A DNA stretch of 62,132 nucleotides from an uncultured Bacteroidota bacterium (GTDB lineage: Bacteria > Bacteroidota > Bacteroidia > Bacteroidales > FEN-979): positions 1 to 62,132 of the forward strand of contig CALCGJ010000159.1 of the NCBI GenBank assembly GCA_937900965.1. Direction: 5' to 3'. Positions 53,635 through 60,950 of the stretch are shown piece by piece (within the stretch, counting starts at the first letter, position 1; the number at the start of each line of letters is the position of its first letter). Made by a program: the position numbers and the translations under genes. The notes under the pieces were generated by a model. That model was not told the origin of the DNA, searched no databases, and saw only the letters and a list, made by a program, of their open reading frames with translations.

Positions 53635-56463
53635 TTATTTCGTCTTTTTTTCGGGCATCAGGACCACCCGCACATAATGACCTGGTTTAAAGAGATCATT
53701 GGCAGCAATTTTCAGATCCTCCACGGTCACAGCGTTTACCCGCTCTTTGAAATTCAAAACACTGGCCGGGTCTGCATACATAAAGTGGATTGACTCTATC
53801 TTACTGACCCAGAACTTGTTCTTTTCCAGGTCAGTCTCTCTTGATCGGATCAGAGCCTCCTTTGCCTTGGTCAGGTCTTCCCCGGTGGGCCCCTTCTTCA
53901 GGATCTTTTTCATCTCACCGAACACTGCTTTCGTAAGTTTATCTGTTGTCTTCGGAGAGCAACCAAAAATTATCCCCATCATGAATTCCGGCTTCGGGTA
54001 TTTATCAAGGTTCAGCATGATCTGAGGCGAGTAAACTCCGCTTAACTTTTCCCGGATCACTTCGATCAGCTTGATCTGGAGAATCTCTTTCAACATATTG
54101 ATATAGAGAATATTTTCTTGATTCCATTCAATCGGTTCCGACATCCCGATACCAACCATGCTCTGTGGGTCTGTACCCTTATAAAATTTTATGTCAGTGA
54201 TACCGGAAGCAAACTCCGGAGCTTTGTCCTGCCAGCTCTCTTCCCTTCCGGTTGACGGCAAACTGCCAAAATATTTTACAACCATCGGAGTTATGGAGTC
54301 GGTATCGAAATTTCCGGCAAGGATAAAGGTGAAATCTGATGCATCGGCAAAACGGTCCGAATAAATAGTAAAGACATCATCGAGTTGAATGCTTTTCAAC
54401 TGCTCCTCAGAGGGAAATATGATGAGGCGTTTGGTGCCCGGGTAAGCTGTTTTGAACAGGGTATCGTAGAAAGCCATCACCGGGTTTCCTGTCATGAACT
54501 TCATCTGGTTTTCCATCTGGGAGATGAATGCATCAAATGCAGTTGTATCTTTCCGTGGGGCCTCAAAATAGAGATACACAAGTTCCATCAGTGTTTCAAG
54601 GTCTTTAGGAGTAGTGCTTCCATTGAAGCCCTCTTTGACATCGCTGATATAGGGCGAAATAGAGATAGTCTTACCTTTTAGTTTTTTTTGAAGTTCAATG
54701 TTGTCGAATTCACCGGCACCGCTCTGATCGATGATGGAAGCCGCAAAATTGGCAGAAAGGAACTGATCGTCAGGATAAAGAGAGTTGCCACCCGGACTGA
54801 AGGCTGAAACAACGATCTCATCATTCTTGAAGGTGGTGGGTTTCAGGATGACCTTTACTCCATTAGAGAGTGTTAATTCCGTGAAGTCAAGTTCGGAGTT
54901 ATAACTCTTGTTGGTGATGGTTGCTCCTGGCAACTCTGCTGCAACAAGAGGGGCCTCCCTGTAATTATCGACATAGGGTTCCAACTCTTGTGTTCTGGAC
55001 GATTCAATTACAGCCAGCGTCTCTTCTTCTGTTGGAATCCGCAACCCCTCTTTTTCCGGCCCCATGATCACCATAGCCAGGTTGTTGTCGGTGATCCACT
55101 GTTTAGCCAGGTTGTTTACCTCCTCAAGAGTTATCTCAGGCAGGAGTTTAGATACATAGATAAACTCTTTTTGAATCCCGGGAATAGGGTCTTCAGTCAG
55201 GTAATTGGAAACATATTCTCCTGCCAATTGGGCTGATTCGGTCTTGTCAAACTCTTTTGCCGCCTTCTCATACTGGCTCAGTATCTCCTCTTTCTGCCGT
55301 TCATATTCTGTGGCCGTGAAGCCGAATTGCCTCACCCTGAGGTTCTCAGCCAGAAGCACCGAGAGAGCATTCTCTGTCTGGTTCTCCTTTGGCATGGTGG
55401 AAAGGATGTAGGCATCATTGGTTCTGGCAAGGAATTTTCCATAACCGCAATTAGCAAAAACAAAGGGACAATCAGGCTTCTGGGAAAGTTCCGAGAAGCG
55501 CTGGTTAAGCATACTTGTAAAAAGTTCACCTGTGATCTTGGTTTTCAGGTCACCCAGGGTTTTGACATCCAGCACCGGATGCTTCCAGAACATCAGGATG
55601 ATATTCTGCGTTGCTTCCGGATCTGTGGTAATTGCTATCAACGGTTTCTCATTTCCAGGCAAGTCATAAACAATTCTTTCCCTGGGTTGCTCCGGGTTTT
55701 TTAATCCGGAAAAATGAGAAATAATCTGTTGCTCTGCCCAGTCGGGGTCGATGTCTCCAACAACAACAATTGCTTGAAGATCGGGTCTGTACCAATCATT
55801 GTAGAAGCTACGCAAGGTCTCATGCTTGAAATTCTCAAGAACTTCAATCTTCCCGATCGGAACCCGGTCTGCATAGTGTGAACCTTTCAGGATCACTGGC
55901 AGGAACTTCTTCATCATTCTGTCCTGGGCTCCCAGCCCGAGTCGCCACTCCTCCACAATCACACCCCGCTCTTTGTCAATCTGCTTGCCATCTAATGTTA
56001 CATTGTGCGCCCAATCTTCCAGGACCTGAAATCCTTTTTCAACCAAACCCGGCTCATCAGTCGGGAGTTGAAGCATGTATACTGTCTCATCAAAACTGGT
56101 ATATGCATTGATATCAGCTCCAAACTGGACTCCAGTCTTTTGCAGGAAGTTAATGAGCTCATTTTTAGGGAAAGTTTTGGTTCCATTGAAGCACATATGC
56201 TCCGTGAAATGAGCTAGTCCCAGCTGGTCATCGTTCTCCAGGATGGATCCTGCATTGACGGCCAATCGTAGTTCTACACGTTTTTCAGGTTTGCTGTTTT
56301 GTCGGATGTAATAGACAAGTCCGTTGTCGAGCTGTCCCATTTTTACAGCCGGATCCATCGGCAGAATATAGGAATAATCGATGGAAGAGGTCTGGCAAAA
56401 GCCCCATCCTGCCGGTAATATTACCAACAAAGGCAGGAACATTGTATGCAAAAAGCGTTTCAT
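53635..56463 (-). CDS. M16-family zinc peptidase (insulinase/PqqL-like, two-lobed)
   Basis: Inverted zinc motif HFTEHMCF (HxxEH) and ~940 aa with duplicated M16 halves. The start is set at ATG 56463 (MKRFLHTMFLPLLVILPAG, signal peptide). The ORF-track start at 56502 is possible. Confidence 0.9.
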   Translation of the reverse strand: MKRFLHTMFLPLLVILPAGWGFCQTSSIDYSYILPMDPAVKMGQLDNGLVYYIRQNSKPEKRVELRLAVNAGSILENDDQLGLAHFTEHMCFNGTKTFPKNELINFLQKTGVQFGADINAYTSFDETVYMLQLPTDEPGLVEKGFQVLEDWAHNVTLDGKQIDKERGVIVEEWRLGLGAQDRMMKKFLPVILKGSHYADRVPIGKIEVLENFKHETLRSFYNDWYRPDLQAIVVVGDIDPDWAEQQIISHFSGLKNPEQPRERIVYDLPGNEKPLIAITTDPEATQNIILMFWKHPVLDVKTLGDLKTKITGELFTSMLNQRFSELSQKPDCPFVFANCGYGKFLARTNDAYILSTMPKENQTENALSVLLAENLRVRQFGFTATEYERQKEEILSQYEKAAKEFDKTESAQLAGEYVSNYLTEDPIPGIQKEFIYVSKLLPEITLEEVNNLAKQWITDNNLAMVIMGPEKEGLRIPTEEETLAVIESSRTQELEPYVDNYREAPLVAAELPGATITNKSYNSELDFTELTLSNGVKVILKPTTFKNDEIVVSAFSPGGNSLYPDDQFLSANFAASIIDQSGAGEFDNIELQKKLKGKTISISPYISDVKEGFNGSTTPKDLETLMELVYLYFEAPRKDTTAFDAFISQMENQMKFMTGNPVMAFYDTLFKTAYPGTKRLIIFPSEEQLKSIQLDDVFTIYSDRFADASDFTFILAGNFDTDSITPMVVKYFGSLPSTGREESWQDKAPEFASGITDIKFYKGTDPQSMVGIGMSEPIEWNQENILYINMLKEILQIKLIEVIREKLSGVYSPQIMLNLDKYPKPEFMMGIIFGCSPKTTDKLTKAVFGEMKKILKKGPTGEDLTKAKEALIRSRETDLEKNKFWVSKIESIHFMYADPASVLNFKERVNAVTVEDLKIAANDLFKPGHYVRVVLMPEKKTK

Positions 56464-56507
56464 AGTATGATATGTTAAAGTTGGCAATGGAATAATATGC
56501 AAGTTTA

Positions 56508-58925
56508 TTAAATTTTTAGCGTAATACCAACCATATAGTTAATCAGGGCCTGGGGGAAGTAACCATTAACATCATATTGTCTCCCGTCGTGATTGTATCG
56601 GTAAATCCAGGCATTGGTCTCATAACGCTGACTGAACAGGTTATTGATCATCAGGCTGATGCCGATTTCAGAAAAAGGTTTGAGCCTGAACTGATAACCA
56701 AGCACAAGGTTGTTCACAAAGTAGGGGTGAAGCGACCGCTCATCACTGCCGGTATTATCGATATACTGTTTCCCGATGTACCGGGAGTGGAGGGATGCAG
56801 TAAGACCTTTTACCGGTTTGTAGGTGAGGATACTCCCAAGGATCAGGTTTGGAGAAAACGAGAGCCTGGAGGTGCCCAGAAAAGTTGCCGTTTGTCCGGT
56901 AAAACTCCAGATAGAATCATAATCATCCACATATTCGGTAAAATTTTTGATCTTATTGACACTGAATGTCCCGGTGACATCCCACTGTATTTTTTTCCAC
57001 AAATTTACCCCGGCCGTGATCTCGATCCCGGCACGGAAACTATGGGGGACATTTACCATGACAGCTTCCCCAACATTGTTAATTTCGCCTGTCAGCACAA
57101 GCTGATCCCGGTAATCCATATAGTAGAGATTTATCCCTGCCGTCCAGGAAGAACGCTTGTATGTTGTTCCCAGTTCATAGTCATAGAGTCTTTCAGATGC
57201 CGGTATCCGGTTCGGATCGGCATCTTTGTAATTGTTTCGGCTGGGTTCCCGGTTTCCCACTCCGAAAGAGATATATCCATTGAGGTGTTCCGTGAAATCG
57301 AAGAAGATACCGGTCTTCGGATTAAAGAAATTAAAAACATGGGATTGGTCGATAGATCGAAGGTCATCCAGTTCCCCTTCCATGCGATAATCCACATACC
57401 TGTATTGCAGGTCGGCAAAGAGTGTCAATTTTTTCATCACCTGCCATGTTGCCTTTGCAAATATGTTGATATCGTTCTTCAGCCCGGTATTGAAGTACCA
57501 GTTCCGGCTGTTATCCCCGTTCGATGCGTATTGTGCCCAGATGACTTTCCCATAGTGTTTTCCGTAATACTGTGTGATTCCCCCACCAACGATCAGCTTC
57601 AATCTGTCCGGAATTGTATAGCCTGTCGAGAAGGTCAACCCGTAATAGCTGTTATCCAGCCACTTGCGATTGACCAGGTTTGTCGTAAGGAGGGTGTCTC
57701 CCCCGATAATCACATCCTCCAGCCCGTATTCGGCAAAGGTTTTATCCGTTTTATAGCTCTCATAATATCCCTTTCCGTTGGTCAGGAAGAGGGCTGCATT
57801 GATGTTCCACCCCGATCCCAGTTTCTGGGAGAAGATCATCTGGTAATGATCCTGCTGGTAGTTGTCGGTCTGGTTATCGTAATACAGAAGGTGACCTGTA
57901 CTATCCATGTACTCTCCCGCGGGATTATAGGTCCGGTTGGTGCCAAGCGAATCCATCGGTACCCCTTCCCATGCCTGGTAGGTCCGTTCAAAACCCGAGA
58001 AGGTGATCAGTTTAAGAGTGGTTTTCTTACCATAATAACCCCCGCTGACATAAAACGATTTGAGTTTTGAGAAGGCGCGGTCGATATAACCATCAGATGA
58101 GATGCAGGAAAGGCGACCGTCGATGGCCAGTCCCGATTTAAGGATCCCTGACCCGAATCTCAGCGTGGCTTTACAGGAGTTGAATGACCCGTAGGATGCC
58201 GAAAGCTCTCCGTACGGATCCTGTTGCATCCCGGACGTAAGGATGTTGATACTGGCACCAAAAGCGCCAGCACCGTTGGTTGAAGTCCCTACTCCTCGCT
58301 GGATCTGAATATTTTCAGAAGATGAGGCCAGGTCGGGGAGGTCAACAAACCAAACTCCCTGTGATTCGGCATCATTCAGCGGAATACCGTTTATGGTGAC
58401 GTTGATCCGGGTAAGGTCGCTGCCACGGATATTCAAAGCGGTATACCCGATCCCGTTGCCGGCATCAGATGTAACAATCACCGAAGGAGTAGACTGGATG
58501 ACATAAGGCAGGTCCCGTCCCAGGTTGGTCTCTTCAATCCTGATGCCACTGAGCGTAGTGTAAGCTGTCGGGTATTTTTCCCCTGCCCGTGTAGCTACAA
58601 TATTTACCTCTTCGCCCAGGATAGCGCTCTCTTCCATGCGAAAATTGATTGTTGTATCCCTGAGGATCCTGCATGGGAAAGTTATCGGTTTAAAGCCGAC
58701 ATATGAACAGGTCAGCGTATAATTTCCTTTTCTGATGCCTGTGAGCTTGTAGTCTCCGGCACTGTCTGAAGCGGTTGTAAGAAATGTGTTATGGATACGG
58801 ATATGTGCTCCCGGCAAAGGTTCCCCATCGTGTTTTACCGTCACATTCCCACGTATGACAACCTGTGCCTGAGCAGGTATAATCATGAGTATTGATCCCA
58901 GGAAAAAAAGAAATTTTTTCATCAT
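56508..58925 (-). CDS. TonB-dependent receptor with N-terminal CarboxypepD_reg domain (candidate thiamine-related outer-membrane transporter)
   Basis: 805 aa with a signal peptide, a carboxypeptidase-regulatory-like domain (VIRGNVTVKHDGEPLPGAHIRI), a plug (YTALNIRGS), a beta-barrel and a C-terminal aromatic end. It is preceded by a TPP riboswitch. Confidence 0.9.
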   Translation of the reverse strand: MMKKFLFFLGSILMIIPAQAQVVIRGNVTVKHDGEPLPGAHIRIHNTFLTTASDSAGDYKLTGIRKGNYTLTCSYVGFKPITFPCRILRDTTINFRMEESAILGEEVNIVATRAGEKYPTAYTTLSGIRIEETNLGRDLPYVIQSTPSVIVTSDAGNGIGYTALNIRGSDLTRINVTINGIPLNDAESQGVWFVDLPDLASSSENIQIQRGVGTSTNGAGAFGASINILTSGMQQDPYGELSASYGSFNSCKATLRFGSGILKSGLAIDGRLSCISSDGYIDRAFSKLKSFYVSGGYYGKKTTLKLITFSGFERTYQAWEGVPMDSLGTNRTYNPAGEYMDSTGHLLYYDNQTDNYQQDHYQMIFSQKLGSGWNINAALFLTNGKGYYESYKTDKTFAEYGLEDVIIGGDTLLTTNLVNRKWLDNSYYGLTFSTGYTIPDRLKLIVGGGITQYYGKHYGKVIWAQYASNGDNSRNWYFNTGLKNDINIFAKATWQVMKKLTLFADLQYRYVDYRMEGELDDLRSIDQSHVFNFFNPKTGIFFDFTEHLNGYISFGVGNREPSRNNYKDADPNRIPASERLYDYELGTTYKRSSWTAGINLYYMDYRDQLVLTGEINNVGEAVMVNVPHSFRAGIEITAGVNLWKKIQWDVTGTFSVNKIKNFTEYVDDYDSIWSFTGQTATFLGTSRLSFSPNLILGSILTYKPVKGLTASLHSRYIGKQYIDNTGSDERSLHPYFVNNLVLGYQFRLKPFSEIGISLMINNLFSQRYETNAWIYRYNHDGRQYDVNGYFPQALINYMVGITLKI

Positions 58926-58995
58926 TGATTCAGCTTAATAAATAGGTATATGAACGATAAATCGATCAATTGAGGAGTAAGGTGATTTTTGAAAC

Positions 58996-59075
58996 GGTCT
59001 CCCTCCGCCGGCATTACCCGGATCAGGTTCAAAGAGTATGATCTCAGCCCTTGTGTTAAGGCACCCCTAATTGAT
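58996..59075 (-). promoter_or_regulatory. TPP (THI-box) riboswitch
   Basis: The minus strand reads AGGGGTGCCTTAACACAAGGGCTGAGATCATACTCTTTGAACCTGATCCGGGTAATGCCGGCGGAGGGAGACC. It contains the conserved GGGGUGC, CUGAGA, ACCUGAUCCGGGUAAUGCCGGCG and AGGGA blocks. It lies ~70 nt upstream of the receptor ATG. Confidence 0.9.
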
Positions 59076-59082
59076 AGTGGGA

Positions 59083-59090
59083 CAAAGATA
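59083..59090 (-). promoter_or_regulatory. -7 promoter box TATCTTTG driving the TPP riboswitch/TonB receptor transcript
   Basis: The reverse complement of caaagata lies immediately 5' of the aptamer. Confidence 0.6.
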
Positions 59091-59156
59091 CGAAGAAATT
59101 GTGCAACATTGCCATCATTGCCATCATTGAACACCATTGTCATACTATTTATTTTG

Positions 59157-59191
59157 TCCGGCATCCGGCATCCGGTATCCGGGATCCGGGA
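59157..59191. repeat. Heptamer array (TCCGGNA)x5
   Basis: tccggca x2, tccggta, tccggga x2. It ends 6 nt before the aroQ -7 box. A 9-mer doublet (attgccatc x2) lies at 59108-59125. Confidence 0.95.
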
Positions 59192-59197
59192 AATAAT

Positions 59198-59205
59198 TAT
59201 CTTTG
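59198..59205 (+). promoter_or_regulatory. -7 promoter box TATCTTTG for aroQ
   Basis: Lies 17 nt upstream of the proposed TTG start at 59223. Confidence 0.55.
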
Positions 59206-59222
59206 TCTCAAGTTTTACGCGC

Positions 59223-59648
59223 TTGAAGCTGATCATCATAAACGGACCGAATCTGAACCTGCTTGGACAGCGGGAACCGTCTGTATATGGGAGCGAAAGT
59301 TTTAAGGTGTACCTTAAGAAGCTCAGAAAAGAATATCCTCTCGTGACAATTGAATATTTTCAGTCGAATGTTGAGGGAGAGATCATCAATGCGCTGCAAA
59401 AGGTGGGTTTCCTGTATGACGGCATCATCCTCAATGCGGGTGGGTATACCCACACATCAGTTGCTATTGGTGATGCCGTTAAATCGATCCGGACTCCTGT
59501 GATCGAAGTACATATCTCAAATGTTTTTACCCGGGAATCCTATCGTCATATCTCTATGCTCTCACCTTGCGTGAAAGGGATCATCACCGGTTTCGGGCTG
59601 GATTCCTACCGGCTGGCGGTGGAGAGCTTCCTGGGGACTGGATCCTAG
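59223..59648 (+). CDS. aroQ: Type II 3-dehydroquinate dehydratase
   Basis: A TTG start gives (M)KLIIINGPNLNLLGQREPSVYG..., followed by NAGGYTHTSVAIGDA and IEVHISN. The 78-codon upstream part of the ORF-track entry runs antisense through the riboswitch and repeats and is rejected. Confidence 0.9.
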   Translation: MKLIIINGPNLNLLGQREPSVYGSESFKVYLKKLRKEYPLVTIEYFQSNVEGEIINALQKVGFLYDGIILNAGGYTHTSVAIGDAVKSIRTPVIEVHISNVFTRESYRHISMLSPCVKGIITGFGLDSYRLAVESFLGTGS

Positions 59649-59705
59649 ATCCTCGATCCTGGATCCTGGGAACTGCCAACTGCCAACTGTAGACTGTAGA
59701 CTGGG
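59640..59705. repeat. Two heptamer arrays: (NGATCCT)x4 at 59640-59667 and (RACTGNN)x5 at 59671-59705
   Basis: ggatcct agatcct cgatcct ggatcct, then aactgcc aactgcc aactgta gactgta gactggg. They fill the spacer between the convergent aroQ (stop inside the first array) and the GT2 gene. Confidence 0.95.
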
Positions 59706-60731
59706 TCAGGAGGGGAAGAATTTTTTTGGGTCCAGTTGTGAGAAGCGTTTTTTTCCCCGGAGGTAGTATTCCACTACAACATTTCGTTTAAACAGCATTC
59801 TCATACTACCGTGTTTCAGTTGTTTCCGTTTTTTATAAAGAGATGGGAGGGCGAGGTAAAAACTTACATGGGCATGTCCAACCGCCCAGAAATCTTTAAA
59901 CCCTCCCTGGATCAGGAATTTGAACGCCGCAACACCATCCAGAACCAGGCGTGCCGCGAAGATGCCAAAGAGTAGATTTGAGGGAAGATTCTTATACAGA
60001 AGCATGAAGTTATTCCTGAAGTTCAGGTAGGTTTTCCGCCAGGATGCCTTGGGCAGTGTACCTCCGCCTATATGATAAACCACTGAATCCGGACAATACA
60101 TCACGCGGTAGCCATAGTTGTGTAATCTCCAGCAAAAATCTATCTCCTCCATGTGTGCGAAGAAATCATCATCAAAGCCTCCAAGTTGATGAAACAGTTC
60201 ACTTCGAACAAAAAGGCATGCGCCTGATGCCCATGAGATCTCAACCTGGTCGTCATACTGACCTGTATCTTTTTCAATGGTAAGGAACATCCTTCCACGG
60301 CAGAAGGGGTAGCCGTATTTGTCGATGAAACCTCCTGCAGCGCCGGCGTATTCAAATTCCTCCCTGTTATGGAAAGAACGGATTTTGGGTTGACACGCGC
60401 CGATGTTGGAATCGCTCTCCATCAGGTCAATAACGGGGGAGATCCAGTCGGGGGTAACTTCAATGTCGGAATTCAGGATGATAAAATAATCGGCGTCAAC
60501 CTGTTGCAAAGCCAGGTTATATCCCCGGGCAAACCCCTCATTCTTTGGATTCCGGATGATCCTGATCTGCGGGAAGCGCTGCTGAACAAATTCGACCGAA
60601 TCATCTGTTGAAGCATTATCAGCCAGGATAATCTCCGCTTCGGAAGCCGAGCAGTCGATCAATATGGGAAGAAACTTTTCAAGAAACTTTTTCCCGTTCC
60701 AATTGAGAATGACGACAGCAATCTGTGGCAT
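59706..60731 (-). CDS. Family 2 glycosyltransferase
   Basis: 341 aa with VVILNWNGKKFLEKFLP...ADNASTDDS...ILNSDIEV and DDFFAHMEEIDFCWR, typical of rhamnosyl-type GT2 enzymes. Confidence 0.88.
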   Translation of the reverse strand: MPQIAVVILNWNGKKFLEKFLPILIDCSASEAEIILADNASTDDSVEFVQQRFPQIRIIRNPKNEGFARGYNLALQQVDADYFIILNSDIEVTPDWISPVIDLMESDSNIGACQPKIRSFHNREEFEYAGAAGGFIDKYGYPFCRGRMFLTIEKDTGQYDDQVEISWASGACLFVRSELFHQLGGFDDDFFAHMEEIDFCWRLHNYGYRVMYCPDSVVYHIGGGTLPKASWRKTYLNFRNNFMLLYKNLPSNLLFGIFAARLVLDGVAAFKFLIQGGFKDFWAVGHAHVSFYLALPSLYKKRKQLKHGSMRMLFKRNVVVEYYLRGKKRFSQLDPKKFFPS

Positions 60732-60764
60732 TTATGAATAAATCGATTTTCGAATGACGAATTT

Positions 60765-60799
60765 TATCCGGTATCCGGCATCTGGTATCCGGCATCAGG
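60765..60799. repeat. Heptamer array (YATCYGG)x5, same family as 59157-59191
   Basis: tatccgg tatccgg catctgg tatccgg catcagg. It lies between a minus-strand TATCTTTG box (60809-60816) and the GT2 ATG, probably inside the 5' UTR. Confidence 0.95.
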
Positions 60800-60808
60800 A
60801 TTCTCCGA

Positions 60809-60816
60809 CAAAGATA
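60809..60816 (-). promoter_or_regulatory. -7 promoter box TATCTTTG upstream of the GT2 gene
   Basis: The reverse complement of caaagata lies ~78 nt upstream of ATG 60731. Confidence 0.45.
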
Positions 60817-60855
60817 CCGTTTTCTGGATTTAATTCTTATTCGCAGATCAGAATT

Positions 60856-60950
60856 ACCCCTCCCAGCCTCCCCTTGAAGGGGAGGAGTAAGTCCCCTTGC
60901 GATCCCGAGTACTCGGGAGAAGCAAACGGGGATTTAGGGGTTAATTCGGA
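60856..60950. repeat. REP-like element (copy C), with a nested palindrome in the second hairpin
   Basis: CCTCCCCTTGAAGGGGAGG is followed by AAGTCCCCTT[GCGATCCCGAGTACTCGGGAGAAGCAAAC]GGGGATTTAGGGG. The insert contains the perfect palindrome TCCCGAGTACTCGGGA. The element abuts and overlaps the stop of the GWxTD gene. Confidence 0.85.

Noticed and set aside
56577-58070. 497-aa plus-strand ORF inside the TonB-dependent receptor gene.
   Set aside because: It is a shadow ORF antisense to a well-supported 805-aa receptor. It has no motifs, no promoter box and no independent start context.
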